A stretch of DNA of 64,000 nt from Candidatus Kaiserbacteria bacterium (GCA_016432285.1 CP066682.1:15026-79025); one strand, 5' to 3'; positions 22,171-32,393 are shown, numbered from the stretch's first letter. The notes: generated by a model from the letters alone, not told the origin. Made by a program: numbers and translations.

Positions 22171-22743
22171 TCAAAGCTGAGTCTCGGGCAGCGCCCGATT
22201 GATCGAATCGAGCAGTTTCTGCCGCAGTTGCTCTCCTTCAGAAACTGCATCGAGGTCGTACGCCGTGTGCGTGAGAAGCGCGGTGTCGAGCGCCTCGGCG
22301 GAGAGATACCCCAGCGCGTACAAAAGACGCGCGACCGAGATGATCTCGATCGTCGGTACGATTTCCTCCGATGCGCTCTTGAGAGCTTGGTGCGCTTCAC
22401 TCAGCGTCGCGTAGAGATACACATTCGCTTCTCCAGAACCGGTGAGCCGCACGGTAAGGTCCGCAATCCGCGCGAGAGCTCCGGCGCTTTTCGGCGCAGC
22501 CGGGGCGTTTTGGATCGCTGCCGCTCCCGCGACCCTCCACCCGCGCTTGCCCTTCACGAGCGAGACCGACGCGAGCGAGAGACTCTGGAGCGCGTAGCGC
22601 ATGCGGGAGGATTCCGCGCGGACCGCGGAAGCACGCGCGCGCACGAGACCGAAGTCTTTCGTGTAGAGCGTGAAGACGCGATCGCTCTCCCCGCTCTCGC
22701 GACTCCGGAGGACAAGCGCTTCCGTCGAGTACTTCTGATACAT
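22171..22743 (-). CDS. recO: DNA repair protein RecO
   Basis: N-terminal OB-fold signature (EALVLRSRESGESDRVFTLYT..GLV). It is directly downstream of ileS. Confidence 0.75.
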   Translation of the reverse strand: MYQKYSTEALVLRSRESGESDRVFTLYTKDFGLVRARASAVRAESSRMRYALQSLSLASVSLVKGKRGWRVAGAAAIQNAPAAPKSAGALARIADLTVRLTGSGEANVYLYATLSEAHQALKSASEEIVPTIEIISVARLLYALGYLSAEALDTALLTHTAYDLDAVSEGEQLRQKLLDSINRALPETQL

Positions 22744-22745
22744 AC

Positions 22746-25550
22746 CTACGCAAGCGACACCGTGGTGTTCGTCTGCCGCTCGACATGGGCGAGGTGCTTC
22801 TCGACGACGGCTCTATCCGCCGTCGGCACAGTGATCGATACGGATCCGCGCTCGCCCATCTTCAGCTTCGCGGCCTTGCGGGCCTCTTGCACAAGACGGA
22901 GCGTGTCGCGAACCACGCCTTCTTCGCGCAACTCCTCGGTGAGTGTCGTGTCGAGCGCAAACGTGCCGCCCACCTCGACCTTTTTTACGTTCACCTCTTC
23001 GGCGATGATGCTGAAATATTCGGCAGGCACTTTTTTGTCGGCCGGAATGGTGAGCTTTGAGAGCGGCTGCCGTATCCGGAGCCCTGCCTTCTCGCGGGCT
23101 TCGAGCGCCGCCGACACCAGATCTCTCGCCACCGTCATGGATGAGAGTACCGACGCGTCGCTCTCTCCACGAGAGAAAAGTCGCGCGAAAAAGCCCAGCC
23201 GCTGGCGGCCCTCCGGCCATGCGGCAAGATGCACGCTCTCCGGATCCTGCGGCTCGCGGACCGTCTGGAAGAGGTATTCGGAAAAGAACGGCATCGAGGG
23301 TGCCAAAACGAGCGAGAGCGTGTGGAGCACGTACCGCAACGTCGCGAGCGCTGCGTACCGATCTTCCCCTTCCTCCTTGAACCGGTCCCTGCTGCGACGG
23401 AGGTACCACACGGAGAGGTCGTCGATAAAAAGAGAAATCGGCCGCGTGGCCCGGTCGAGCTGGTAGCCTTCAAACCCTTCGCTGGCCTCCCGCACGAGCT
23501 CGTCGAGCCGCGCCAGAATCCACCGGTCGAGCACATGCCCGCTCCCTCGATCGCGACGCGTCGTGCCCTCGTAGAGCTTGTAGAACGAGAGCACGTTGTT
23601 GAGACGTCCGATATTTTTCTTCACGATCTCGTCGACGAGGCGTTCGTCGAAATTCTTCGAATCGCCCGGCGCGTTGACGGTAAACATGAAAAAGCGCAGC
23701 GCATCGACGCCGTACTTGTCGATCACGACGCTCGGTACCACGATGTTGCCGAGCGACTTCGACATCTTCTTTCCTTTCGCGTCGAGTATGTGCCCGAGGC
23801 AAATGACATTCTTGAAGGCGCGTCCGCGGCCCATAATCCCTCCCACCGCATGCAACGTATAAAACCATCCGCGAGTCTGATCGATCGCCTCGCAAATATA
23901 ATCCGCCGGATAACCCGCGCCCTTGACCCACTCTTTTTTTTCAAAAGGATAGTGATCCTGCGCGAAAGGCATCGTACCGGAGTCGAACCACACATCGAGC
24001 ACTTCCGGCACCCGCGCCATCTGTCCCTCGCACTGCCAGCAGGTGTAGTTGAAATCGTCGATGTACGGCCGGTGCAAATCGAGCGCCGCGCCGCCGGTCT
24101 TTTTGCGCAGCTCCGCGACGCTCCCGATCACCTCGAAGGTGCCGCACTCCTTGCACTCCCAAATGGGAAGCGGCGTGCCCCAATATCGCGAACGGCTGAT
24201 CGCCCAATCTTTGAGATCCTTCAGCCATTCCCCGAAGCGGCCATCGCGAATGTGCTGCGGCTCCCAGTGGATCTGCTGATTTTCTTTGATCAGGTCTTCC
24301 TTCAGCGCCGACATGCGGATGTACCACGAGTCGCGCGCATAGTAGATGAGCGGCGTCTTGCAGCGCCAGCAGAAAGGGTACGTATGCTTGATGATTTCTT
24401 TTTTGAAAAGAAGATCGCGCGATTCGAGATCCGCGATCACCTCCGCATCGGCGTCTTTCACGAACTTTCCGGAAAGCGGCCCGGCTGCCGGTAAAAATTT
24501 TCCGTCTTCGCCGACGAGATGGTACTTCGGCAGTCCGATTGCGGTGCCGAGCTCAAAGTCGTCGGCGCCGTACATGACCGCCGTGTGCACGATCCCCGTG
24601 CCGTCTTCGGTCGAGACGAAATCGGCCGCGTACACTTTGTAGGCTTTCGCGAGCGCCTCCTCTTGGGAATGCGGCAGCGACTGCGCCAGATACGGAAAGA
24701 GAGGCTGGTAGCTGCGGCCGACGAGATCTCTCCCCTTTTTTTCTTCCACGATCTTTGCTTCCGGCGCGATCGCGGAGAGCCGCGTTTTCGCGAGCCACAC
24801 TGCACTCCCGTCGATCAGCGCTTTCACGTAGTCGACATCAGCGCCGACCGCAAGCGCAAGGTTGCCGGGCAACGTCCACGGCGTGGTCGTCCACGCGAGA
24901 AAATATTCATTCGCGTCGGCGGCTTTGAACTTCACGTAGACCGACGGATCCGGTGTGTCGTCTTGGTAGCCCTGCGCGACTTCGTGCGAAGAGAGTCCGG
25001 TGCCGCACCGCGGGCACCACGGCACCACTTTGTAGTCTTTGTAGAGGAGCTTCCGCTCGTGCGCACGCTTCAAGATATTCCAGACCGATTCTATGTAGTC
25101 GTTGTCGAAGGTGAAATACTGGTCGCGATACCAAAAAGCGATGCGCGCCGAAAAATCCTCCCACTCGCCGATGTACCGCAGGACACTCTCCTTGCATTTT
25201 TTGTTGAACTCCGCGATGCCGTACGCCTCGATCTCTTTTTTATTTTTTATGCCGAGCTCTTTCTCCACTTCGAGCTCCACCGGAAGCCCGTGCGTATCCC
25301 ACCCCGCCTTCCGGCGCAAATGGTATCCCTGCATGGTACGAAAACGCTGCACCGCATCCTTGAAAGCGCGTGATTCGAGGTGGTGAATGCCGGGGCGACC
25401 GTTGGCAGTGGGTGGACCTTCGTAGAAAACAAACTCGCCTTTGGGGGATGGCTTCTGGAGCGCTTTGCCGAAAATATCCTTCTCTTTCCAAAAAGCGAGG
25501 ATCTCCTCCTCCCGCCGCGCGCCCTCGCTTTTTTGCTGATTTTCAGCCAT
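22746..25550 (-). CDS. ileS: Isoleucyl-tRNA synthetase
   Basis: HIGH region, a CP1 editing domain and KMSKS (KKMSKSLGN). The start is at MAENQQKS. Confidence 0.95.
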   Translation of the reverse strand: MAENQQKSEGARREEEILAFWKEKDIFGKALQKPSPKGEFVFYEGPPTANGRPGIHHLESRAFKDAVQRFRTMQGYHLRRKAGWDTHGLPVELEVEKELGIKNKKEIEAYGIAEFNKKCKESVLRYIGEWEDFSARIAFWYRDQYFTFDNDYIESVWNILKRAHERKLLYKDYKVVPWCPRCGTGLSSHEVAQGYQDDTPDPSVYVKFKAADANEYFLAWTTTPWTLPGNLALAVGADVDYVKALIDGSAVWLAKTRLSAIAPEAKIVEEKKGRDLVGRSYQPLFPYLAQSLPHSQEEALAKAYKVYAADFVSTEDGTGIVHTAVMYGADDFELGTAIGLPKYHLVGEDGKFLPAAGPLSGKFVKDADAEVIADLESRDLLFKKEIIKHTYPFCWRCKTPLIYYARDSWYIRMSALKEDLIKENQQIHWEPQHIRDGRFGEWLKDLKDWAISRSRYWGTPLPIWECKECGTFEVIGSVAELRKKTGGAALDLHRPYIDDFNYTCWQCEGQMARVPEVLDVWFDSGTMPFAQDHYPFEKKEWVKGAGYPADYICEAIDQTRGWFYTLHAVGGIMGRGRAFKNVICLGHILDAKGKKMSKSLGNIVVPSVVIDKYGVDALRFFMFTVNAPGDSKNFDERLVDEIVKKNIGRLNNVLSFYKLYEGTTRRDRGSGHVLDRWILARLDELVREASEGFEGYQLDRATRPISLFIDDLSVWYLRRSRDRFKEEGEDRYAALATLRYVLHTLSLVLAPSMPFFSEYLFQTVREPQDPESVHLAAWPEGRQRLGFFARLFSRGESDASVLSSMTVARDLVSAALEAREKAGLRIRQPLSKLTIPADKKVPAEYFSIIAEEVNVKKVEVGGTFALDTTLTEELREEGVVRDTLRLVQEARKAAKLKMGERGSVSITVPTADRAVVEKHLAHVERQTNTTVSLA

Positions 25551-25614
25551 TCCGGCAATCGTATCAAACAGAAAGCCCGCCGACGAGGGCGGGCTTTTTG
25601 GAGCGCATTCGAGA

Positions 25615-25956
25615 CTAAACGAAACGAGCAGCGACGACGAAGACCGGGCGAATAATGCCGAGGAAAGAACCTTCGATTCCGCCGAGTGCCCAGGCGAGAT
25701 CATGCTCGGTTTCAAAGCGGCGGCGCCATCCGTTGTATGGATTGTCCCATTGATAGCGGCGACCGAGCTCAACAACTTGGCAATAGATGGGATACTTGCC
25801 GCGGGCGAGACGCAGTAACTCTGTCTTGTCGTGTGTCCGCTCCCCCATCAGCGCGAATCGACTTGGTGGCGGACGATCGACGACATATTTCAGTGCTTTT
25901 CGACTCACCACAGGGTTGAAGTGCGGAGAGCGATCGAATAACAACTTTGAGACCAT
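25615..25956 (-). CDS. Hypothetical protein
   Basis: ORF between ileS and argS with no recognised domain. The internal Met start (MVSKLLF) was chosen. Confidence 0.3.
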   Translation of the reverse strand: MVSKLLFDRSPHFNPVVSRKALKYVVDRPPPSRFALMGERTHDKTELLRLARGKYPIYCQVVELGRRYQWDNPYNGWRRRFETEHDLAWALGGIEGSFLGIIRPVFVVAARFV

Positions 25957-26015
25957 GTGCGGTCCTCCCTGTTGACCAGAACGATAGTAGCCCCGCGTAA
26001 GCGGAACGCAAGAGT

Positions 26016-27677
26016 TTACATTTTCTCGGGCGCGGGGATACCGAGGAGCCACAGGCCGTTTTTGAGGGTGCTGCGCGCGGCGTCGGCGAGCGCGACTTTG
26101 TGCGCGGCGGCGGGTGTGCCGTCAAGAATCTGCTCCTTCGCGTACCAGCGGTTGAACGCGCTCGCAAATTCTAAGAGGTAGTTGGTAAGAAGATGCGGCT
26201 CAAGCTCCCGTACCGCGTATTCCACCGCCTCGGGAAAACGGTGCAGGAGGCGCGAAAGCTCCGTCGCCTCGGCCGCCGCATCGATTTTCGCCGACACCTT
26301 CTGTTCCCGCGCTTTTTCCACGACCTGATGCGCGCGTGCATGGGTGTACTGGATGTACGGGCCCGAGTCGCCTTCCAAGGAGAGAGCGCGATCGCGCTCG
26401 AAGATAATGTCGCGGCCCGACGCCTGTTTCAGAATCTGATACTTGATCGCAGCCACAGCGATCTGCCGCGCGAGCGCTTCCGTGTCGTCGGCGCGACTTT
26501 CCGCCGCCCGCTCTTTCGCGGCTTCGGTCAGGTCCGCAAGGAGCGATTCGCCCGTGATCACGTTGCCGCGGCGGGAGGCCATCTTGCCGCTTGAAAGGCG
26601 CATCATCCCGTGCGAGATGTGTTTGATTTTCGCCGCGAGATCGGGGAAGACTTCGCGCATGGCGGCGATGACAACCTCGAAGTACCCGCTCTGCTCGTGC
26701 GCCGTTACCGTGATCGACTGATCGAAGGGCCACTTCTGCGCCTTCATGCGGGCGAGGCCGAGCTCTTTTGTCTCGTAGGTGGGCAGCCCCTTCGAGGTGA
26801 TGAAAACGCGCGTGTGGAGGCCCGCTTTCTCTCCCTGGTAGACAACCGCCCCTTCGCTTTTGACGAAAATCTCGGGATGCGCGGCGACAAGCTGCAAGCC
26901 TTCCGGCGCCGTCTCGCTCTCGAAAAAGTAGAAATCGAATTTCGTGCCGAGCGACGCGTAGATGTCTTCAAAGTGCGCGAGAGAAGCCGCGCGGCCCGCG
27001 TCGTATACGGCGTTGATCTCAGGATCGGAGCGGTCGTAGATTTTCGCGTTGATCGCGTCGATCTCAGCTCTCGCGCTTCCGTCGTCTTCAAAAGCCGACG
27101 CCCCGGCGGCATAGGCCGTGCCGAGCGCCGCTGCGTCCGTGGGATCGAGCGTGAGCTTTCGGAGCCCCCAGATCGCTTTGGCCACGTGCGGCCCCACATC
27201 GCCCTGGTAGTTGGCGCGCTTCACTTCGGCACCCGAATACTCGATGAGCCGCGCCGTCGCTTCGCCGATCGCGTTGCTCATGAGGTGCCCAATATGAAAT
27301 TCCTTAAAGGGATTCGGGTCGGTGTATTCCACCATCACTTTCTTTCCTGTATTGATCGAGCCTCTGCCCCACTCTTTTGTGCGAGCACTTTCGATCGCCT
27401 CCGCGACAGCCGCATTCGTAAGAAAAAAGTTGACGAAGCCCGCTCCCGCGACCTCGACTTTGGCGACACCGTCAACAGCATCGAGTGCGGCGACCATGCG
27501 CTCGGCGAGCGCGCGAGGAGTCGTCTTCAACTCTTTCGCGTATTTCAGCGCGATGCTGGTGGAGTAGTCGCCGTTTTCGAGGACGGCGGGGTGCTCCAGC
27601 GGTACCTCCGATGCAGAAATCGAAAGTGCGGCAAGCGCCGCTTTGAGCGCTTCTTTGATGTTGTGGGCCGCTGTCAT
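26016..27677 (-). CDS. argS: Arginyl-tRNA synthetase
   Basis: N-terminal Arg-tRNA-binding domain, a HIGH motif (FHIGHLMSNAIG) and a DALR anticodon-binding C-terminus. Confidence 0.9.
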   Translation of the reverse strand: MTAAHNIKEALKAALAALSISASEVPLEHPAVLENGDYSTSIALKYAKELKTTPRALAERMVAALDAVDGVAKVEVAGAGFVNFFLTNAAVAEAIESARTKEWGRGSINTGKKVMVEYTDPNPFKEFHIGHLMSNAIGEATARLIEYSGAEVKRANYQGDVGPHVAKAIWGLRKLTLDPTDAAALGTAYAAGASAFEDDGSARAEIDAINAKIYDRSDPEINAVYDAGRAASLAHFEDIYASLGTKFDFYFFESETAPEGLQLVAAHPEIFVKSEGAVVYQGEKAGLHTRVFITSKGLPTYETKELGLARMKAQKWPFDQSITVTAHEQSGYFEVVIAAMREVFPDLAAKIKHISHGMMRLSSGKMASRRGNVITGESLLADLTEAAKERAAESRADDTEALARQIAVAAIKYQILKQASGRDIIFERDRALSLEGDSGPYIQYTHARAHQVVEKAREQKVSAKIDAAAEATELSRLLHRFPEAVEYAVRELEPHLLTNYLLEFASAFNRWYAKEQILDGTPAAAHKVALADAARSTLKNGLWLLGIPAPEKM

Positions 27678-27780
27678 GAGCCCTATTGTACCGTCAACTT
27701 AGAGGTCGGCGTCGATTCCTTACAGGAGCAGTACACCTTGTGGATATTTTGTTCGCAAGCTCCAAAATACCTCACAAGGT

Positions 27781-27807
27781 CGATCGACACTCCTATTCCG
27801 TGTCGAT
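27781..27807 (-). promoter_or_regulatory. Perfect 9-bp stem-loop overlapping the rplK stop codon (gatcgacac-tcctattcc-gtgtcgatc)
   Basis: Inverted repeat seen in the sequence at the 3' end of rplK, between rplK and argS. It is not followed by a strong U-tract. Confidence 0.3.
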
Positions 27808-28212
27808 CCCCATGCTCCGGGCCGTACCTGCGATGATTTTCTTCGCCTGCTCGACGTCGTTGGCGTTGAGATCCTCCATCTTTTCTTCGGCGATTTCGGT
27901 GATCTGCTGTTTACTCAACTTGCCGACTTTGTTCTGCGGCTTTTGGGATCCCTTCTCCATGTTGAGCTTCTTCAGGATGAGCCGCGACGCCGGCGGCTTT
28001 TTGACGATGAAAGAGAACGAGCGGTCTTTGTACACCGTAAGCAAGACCGGCACGATGTTGCCGATCATGGGGCGCGTCTGGTCGTTGAACTGCTTCACGA
28101 ACTCTCCGATGTTGACGCCCGCAGGACCGAGCGCGGTCCCGACCGGCGGCGCCGGCGTCGCGGCTCCCGCCGCGATCTGCAATTTGATGATCTTTGTGAT
28201 TTCTTTTGCCAT
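27793..28212 (-). CDS. rplK: 50S ribosomal protein L11
   Basis: Full-length L11 ([43 protein letters not shown]...). Confidence 0.95.
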   Translation of the reverse strand: MAKEITKIIKLQIAAGAATPAPPVGTALGPAGVNIGEFVKQFNDQTRPMIGNIVPVLLTVYKDRSFSFIVKKPPASRLILKKLNMEKGSQKPQNKVGKLSKQQITEIAEEKMEDLNANDVEQAKKIIAGTARSMGIDTE

Positions 28213-28256
28213 ACTGTGAAAAGATAGACTGATTATTTTATCCGGAAGACTCGACG

Positions 28257-28802
28257 TTACACACGTTGGACCTGATCGGCTTCAAGCTCCACCGGAGTCT
28301 CGCGGCCAAACATGGGAACTAACACCTTAACCTTTCCGCGCTCCTCGTCAATCTCGCCCACCTTTCCTTCGAGATCCTTGAAGGGGCCGTCGATGATGAT
28401 GACCGCATCGCCCTCCGAAAGATCGATCGCGTGGCGCACGGTATCTCCCGAGGCGCGCTTCAGAATCTTGTCGACTTCCTCAGGAGAAAGCGGCACCGCC
28501 TGGTTGGCCGTGCCCACGAAGCCCGTCACCTGCGGGGTGTTGCGCACTACGCTCCACGCGTCGTCACTCGCGATCATGTCCACGAGCACGTAGCCGGGAA
28601 AAATCTTTTCTTTAGTCTCGGTGCGGCGACCGTTCTTGATCTTGATCTTCTTTTCGGTCGGCACGACGACGTTGAAGATTTTTTCCTGCATGCCGAAGGA
28701 TTCGACGCGCTGCTTCAGGTTGCGCGCCACGGCATCTTCGTAGCCGGAGTACGTATGCACCGCATACCACTGCCGATCCGTGCCGTACGTTTGCTTTGCC
28801 AT
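28257..28802 (-). CDS. nusG: Transcription termination/antitermination factor NusG
   Basis: NGN domain ([11 protein letters not shown]) and KOW domain ([18 protein letters not shown]). The start is at MAKQTYG. Confidence 0.9.
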   Translation of the reverse strand: MAKQTYGTDRQWYAVHTYSGYEDAVARNLKQRVESFGMQEKIFNVVVPTEKKIKIKNGRRTETKEKIFPGYVLVDMIASDDAWSVVRNTPQVTGFVGTANQAVPLSPEEVDKILKRASGDTVRHAIDLSEGDAVIIIDGPFKDLEGKVGEIDEERGKVKVLVPMFGRETPVELEADQVQRV

Positions 28803-28803
28803 A

Positions 28804-29076
28804 TTACTCTTGCGGCGTCGAGGTGGAGACGGTGATCTCGCCGAGGCTCGTGCTCGCGGCGCCTTCGAAATCAATGCCCTGCGAAGAAGCAGGGACAAAC
28901 TGCAGGCCACGCGAGAGCGCCGTCGTGAAAATGTAGTCGAAGAGGCCGAGGTACACTGCGACGAAAAGCGAGATGCCGATCACGATCACCGTGTAGATGA
29001 TTGTCTGGATTCGTGTGGGCCACGCCACGTGCTTCAGTTCGCTCCGTGTGTCTTTAAGATATTGAATGAAGCTCAT
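28804..29076 (-). CDS. secE: Preprotein translocase subunit SecE
   Basis: Single TM helix and the conserved VAWPTR motif. It lies upstream of nusG in the canonical secE-nusG-rplK order. Confidence 0.75.
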   Translation of the reverse strand: MSFIQYLKDTRSELKHVAWPTRIQTIIYTVIVIGISLFVAVYLGLFDYIFTTALSRGLQFVPASSQGIDFEGAASTSLGEITVSTSTPQE

Positions 29077-29096
29077 ACTTCTTTTTTGCCAATTTT

Positions 29097-29116
29097 AAAA
29101 CCCCTCGCGGGGTTTC
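29097..29116 (-). terminator. Intrinsic terminator-like hairpin downstream of the PEP carboxylase gene
   Basis: aaacccc-tcgc-ggggttt hairpin, followed on the minus-strand transcript by a U-rich run (uuuuaaaauu). Confidence 0.5.
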
Positions 29117-29176
29117 AAACATAGTACTCCGCACGGGCGGCGAGTCAACCCCTCACTGCCTCCTGCCCGACATCCG

Positions 29177-30685
29177 CTAGCCGAGGCTCTTTCGGAGCTT
29201 CCCTGTTTCCACGATCAGGCGGCTGACGTCCTTTTGGCTTTTGCGCTGCAAGAGAAGCTGCGAAGTGAGGTTGCGGTGCAGAAGCTCCCGATCCGCGCGC
29301 GGGCCAAAGCGCACCCCGAGATATTTTTCCGTAAGTGCGATGTCTTCGGCGACCGCTTTCCATGCGGGGTTGCCTCGCGCGAGCCCTTCAAGGTTTTCCC
29401 GATTGAGATACTTCCCCGCTTCGATTAGATCGTCCGTAAAGTACCGGTAGTACTTTTTCAGAAGATCCCGCTCCTTGTCCGTGAGCGCAAGGAGCGCGCG
29501 ACCGGTGCCGAGAAATTCGGGCGGCACGCCCACCGAATAGAACGCCGCCGTAAAGCTGATCGCGCGCGGCAGCGATTTTTTGCCGACCCTGCGCCCGTAC
29601 GAAAGCAGTCCGATATGCTGGCGCCGCTCCCTGCGGCGTGGTACCGCCGCAAAAATCGGAGAAACGTCTTTGATGAGTCGCGGAAGTGTGGATTGATACA
29701 TTTTCGAAAATATCCGCATCACTTTCAAAAGCGCGGCGCGCTCCGAGCGCGGGATGCGTACCGCCGCGCGCCTTTGCAGGTGCCGCTCCAGATACCGCAG
29801 GGCTTTTTTCACCTCGGTGAGCGGGTTGTCGTAGCGAAAGGCAGATTGGATCGTAACGGTGCGCACGCCGGCGTATTCGGCGGCGAATTTCTTGGCACGC
29901 GCGGGAGTAAGACCGCCGCGAAAGACGAGTCCCCCCGCCCCGATGATGGGATAGACCGCCACATCGTACCTTTGCCCGAAGTCGTAGATGTCAGAAAGCG
30001 CGATCTTGTTGGCGAGGACGTTTGCCGTAAGGCCGCTCACGAGCGCCGGGTCCGAGCGAGCGAGGAAGGGACGCACGTAGAGCGGCTTTTTGCGAAAGAT
30101 TCTCTTATGGAGGCGCAGGTATTTCGCAAGCAGCTCTCCGACCTTCGTTTGATGCTCGACGCCTTCGACGAGCGGGATGATCTCGACATACTCGGTGTTG
30201 TGATTCTTGCGGTGGCTGAACACCTTCGACTTGAAACGCGCCAGCTTTTGAAACGCACGTTGGATATAGAGAAGCTGCTCCGCCCGTTCGGTCATCGGGA
30301 GTATCGCTTCGAAGAGCGGCCGGTCCTTGAAGCGCACGTCTTCGGCGAGATCCTCGCTCGTGAGAATCACCATGAGCGCGCGTATCAGACTGTAGCCCTT
30401 TTCCTGCCAGACGTTGGGGAGCCGAAAGGTCAGGAATTTTTTCTTGCCGAGCGGATTTTTCTTGAAGTATTCGAAATGCTGCGAGAGCAGCTTTTCGATC
30501 ACCGATTCGTCGGCGTACTTCCCTTCCCAGTCCCACATGAATTCCTGCACGCCGAGGTCGCGAAAACTCGAAACGCACTCCTCGGGCTCTTCGTGCACGG
30601 CCACGAAGCCGTCGTCGGTATCCCAGTAGGGCCCCTGCGCGTTGTCGGGGTGCTGGGTGGCCATCGTCGCGGGAATTGCTCTCAT
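29177..30685 (-). CDS. ppcA: Archaeal-type phosphoenolpyruvate carboxylase (PEPcase_2 family)
   Basis: N-terminal MRAIPATMATQHPDNA matches the archaeal-type PEPC signature (IP..MSTQHPDN). Its size of about 500 aa is typical of PepcA and not of the 900-aa bacterial Ppc. Confidence 0.75.
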   Translation of the reverse strand: MRAIPATMATQHPDNAQGPYWDTDDGFVAVHEEPEECVSSFRDLGVQEFMWDWEGKYADESVIEKLLSQHFEYFKKNPLGKKKFLTFRLPNVWQEKGYSLIRALMVILTSEDLAEDVRFKDRPLFEAILPMTERAEQLLYIQRAFQKLARFKSKVFSHRKNHNTEYVEIIPLVEGVEHQTKVGELLAKYLRLHKRIFRKKPLYVRPFLARSDPALVSGLTANVLANKIALSDIYDFGQRYDVAVYPIIGAGGLVFRGGLTPARAKKFAAEYAGVRTVTIQSAFRYDNPLTEVKKALRYLERHLQRRAAVRIPRSERAALLKVMRIFSKMYQSTLPRLIKDVSPIFAAVPRRRERRQHIGLLSYGRRVGKKSLPRAISFTAAFYSVGVPPEFLGTGRALLALTDKERDLLKKYYRYFTDDLIEAGKYLNRENLEGLARGNPAWKAVAEDIALTEKYLGVRFGPRADRELLHRNLTSQLLLQRKSQKDVSRLIVETGKLRKSLG

Positions 30686-30810
30686 CGCTAACCCACTGTA
30701 GCAACTCGCTCGGGATATTGCATCTGATCGGGTCGCGTCTCCTTCTGCTGAAGGAGCGTCCCCGCCAGAAGGCGGGGACGCGAATGGCACGATGCCCCGA
30801 GCAACAATCC

Positions 30811-31623
30811 CTACCTGATCTCGTAGGTAACGTTCACGTTGGAGACGATCTTGTTCTCGCCGGTGGGGAGCATCGGCGCGGAGGCTTTGGTGGATTCCGC
30901 ATCCATGGCGAGCCCGCCCCTCGCGTACGCGTACGGTATCGGGTAGGAGCCGTTCTCGCTGAAGCCGACGATGCGCACGAGCCGCACACCAAGCTGTCCT
31001 GCGAGTGCTTCTGCCTTCTCACGCGCGTCGTCGATCGCCATTTGCCGCGCTTGTGCCTGAAGCGCGTCTTCATCTTCGGTGGTGAAGGAGAGGCCAGAGA
31101 CCTCCGACGCCCCGCGTGATCCGACTCCGGTCAAGAGGTCGCCCGCGAGATCGGTGTCGCGCACCTTCACGGTGAGCGTCTGCGACACTTCGTAGCCGTT
31201 CAAGATCTGCCTCCCCGGCGGGCAGTAGCCGTCGCGGCAAACCGCCGTCTCGTATTCGTACTGCGGATAGACGCTATAGTCGGCCGTCTTGATGTCCTTT
31301 TCTTCGACTCCCGCGCCTTTGAGGTAATTGATGATCGCGTTGATCTTTTCCGTCGCCGTGTCTTGCGCGCTCGCCACCTCTTTGGCACGCTCGCGCACCG
31401 TTACACTAAAGGTCCCCATGTCCGGCACCGCGAATACTTCGCCGTCGCCCGAGACCGTGATCGTATTGCTTGCGGAGACACCGCTGCCGATAAAACGAAA
31501 CTCCTTCAGCTCCCGGACCGTGGCAACCACCAAAAAGAGCGCCAGCATGCCGAGCGCCGCGGCACCCGCCATACGCGGCCAGTGGGTGGCCTCGATAAGC
31601 TTATCTGTCGAACGTTCATCCAT
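30811..31623 (-). CDS. SIMPL-domain protein (DUF541, YggE-like periplasmic immunogenic protein)
   Basis: N-terminal TM/signal segment and SIMPL-like beta-alpha-beta repeats. The C-terminal NVTYEI motif is typical of the family. Confidence 0.8.
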   Translation of the reverse strand: MDERSTDKLIEATHWPRMAGAAALGMLALFLVVATVRELKEFRFIGSGVSASNTITVSGDGEVFAVPDMGTFSVTVRERAKEVASAQDTATEKINAIINYLKGAGVEEKDIKTADYSVYPQYEYETAVCRDGYCPPGRQILNGYEVSQTLTVKVRDTDLAGDLLTGVGSRGASEVSGLSFTTEDEDALQAQARQMAIDDAREKAEALAGQLGVRLVRIVGFSENGSYPIPYAYARGGLAMDAESTKASAPMLPTGENKIVSNVNVTYEIR

Positions 31624-31718
31624 AGAAAGATGTGTTTACTCTTTAGAAACGAATAATAGTAATGCTTCGCCGGCTCATGACGATCTGATGAAGATAATAT
31701 TACCACCCGAAAGGCCGG

Positions 31719-32360
31719 CTACACTCGGCCCCAGAAATACTCGCGATATCTGCGAAAGAGCCGTTCGCAGATGTGGAAAATGGTATAGGTGATGAAGTAC
31801 GCGGAGAGTACGTCGATCGAGTAGTGCACGTGCCCCAAGAGCACGATCACCGCAAAAAAGACCGACCACGCGAGAAAGAAGTACCGCAGCAGCCGCTCGC
31901 GCCAGAAAATGAGCGCCAGAAGAAAGGGCGCGCCGGTGTGTCCCGAAAAGAAAAGGTCGTTGCCGCCGATGAAGCTCGTAACGACCGATCCCCAATCGAG
32001 CTGTACGCGATCCGGAAAAGGCCCGAGATGCGTCAGTGAGATAAAGATCGCGCGCACTGTGTAGAAGACACCGAGGCTTGCGGCGGTAAACGGGACCCAA
32101 TGCGGCCTCGCGAACGCGAGCGCGGCCACAAAAGCGACGAGCACGAAGGTACCGAGCACGAAGAGGTCGTCGACCTGAAAAACAGGCGTGTTGGAGAGCA
32201 CGATGTCCTCGACGTAGTTGCTCGCGCGATACGTGGCGTAGGTGCCGGCAAAGAAGTTGACGATAATGCCGAATATGAGAGCTGCGAGGGAAAACGCGAA
32301 GGCCCTGCGAAAGGGCGGCGAAGAGAGACTCTGTCGGTAGCTTTCGACAGCGTGTTTCAT
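31719..32360 (-). CDS. PAP2-superfamily membrane protein (phosphatase or sphingomyelin-synthase-like)
   Basis: Multi-TM protein with PAP2 motifs C2 (SGHTGAP) and C3 (HVHYSIDV). Confidence 0.55.
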   Translation of the reverse strand: MKHAVESYRQSLSSPPFRRAFAFSLAALIFGIIVNFFAGTYATYRASNYVEDIVLSNTPVFQVDDLFVLGTFVLVAFVAALAFARPHWVPFTAASLGVFYTVRAIFISLTHLGPFPDRVQLDWGSVVTSFIGGNDLFFSGHTGAPFLLALIFWRERLLRYFFLAWSVFFAVIVLLGHVHYSIDVLSAYFITYTIFHICERLFRRYREYFWGRV

Positions 32361-32393
32361 ACGAGTATCAAGAGAAAGTATATACTAATCGCT

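Noticed and set aside
27686-28219. ORF 27686..28219(+) of 177 aa
   Set aside because: It is antisense to rplK and the argS/rplK spacer. It has a hydrophobic low-complexity translation, while rplK on the opposite strand is unambiguous.
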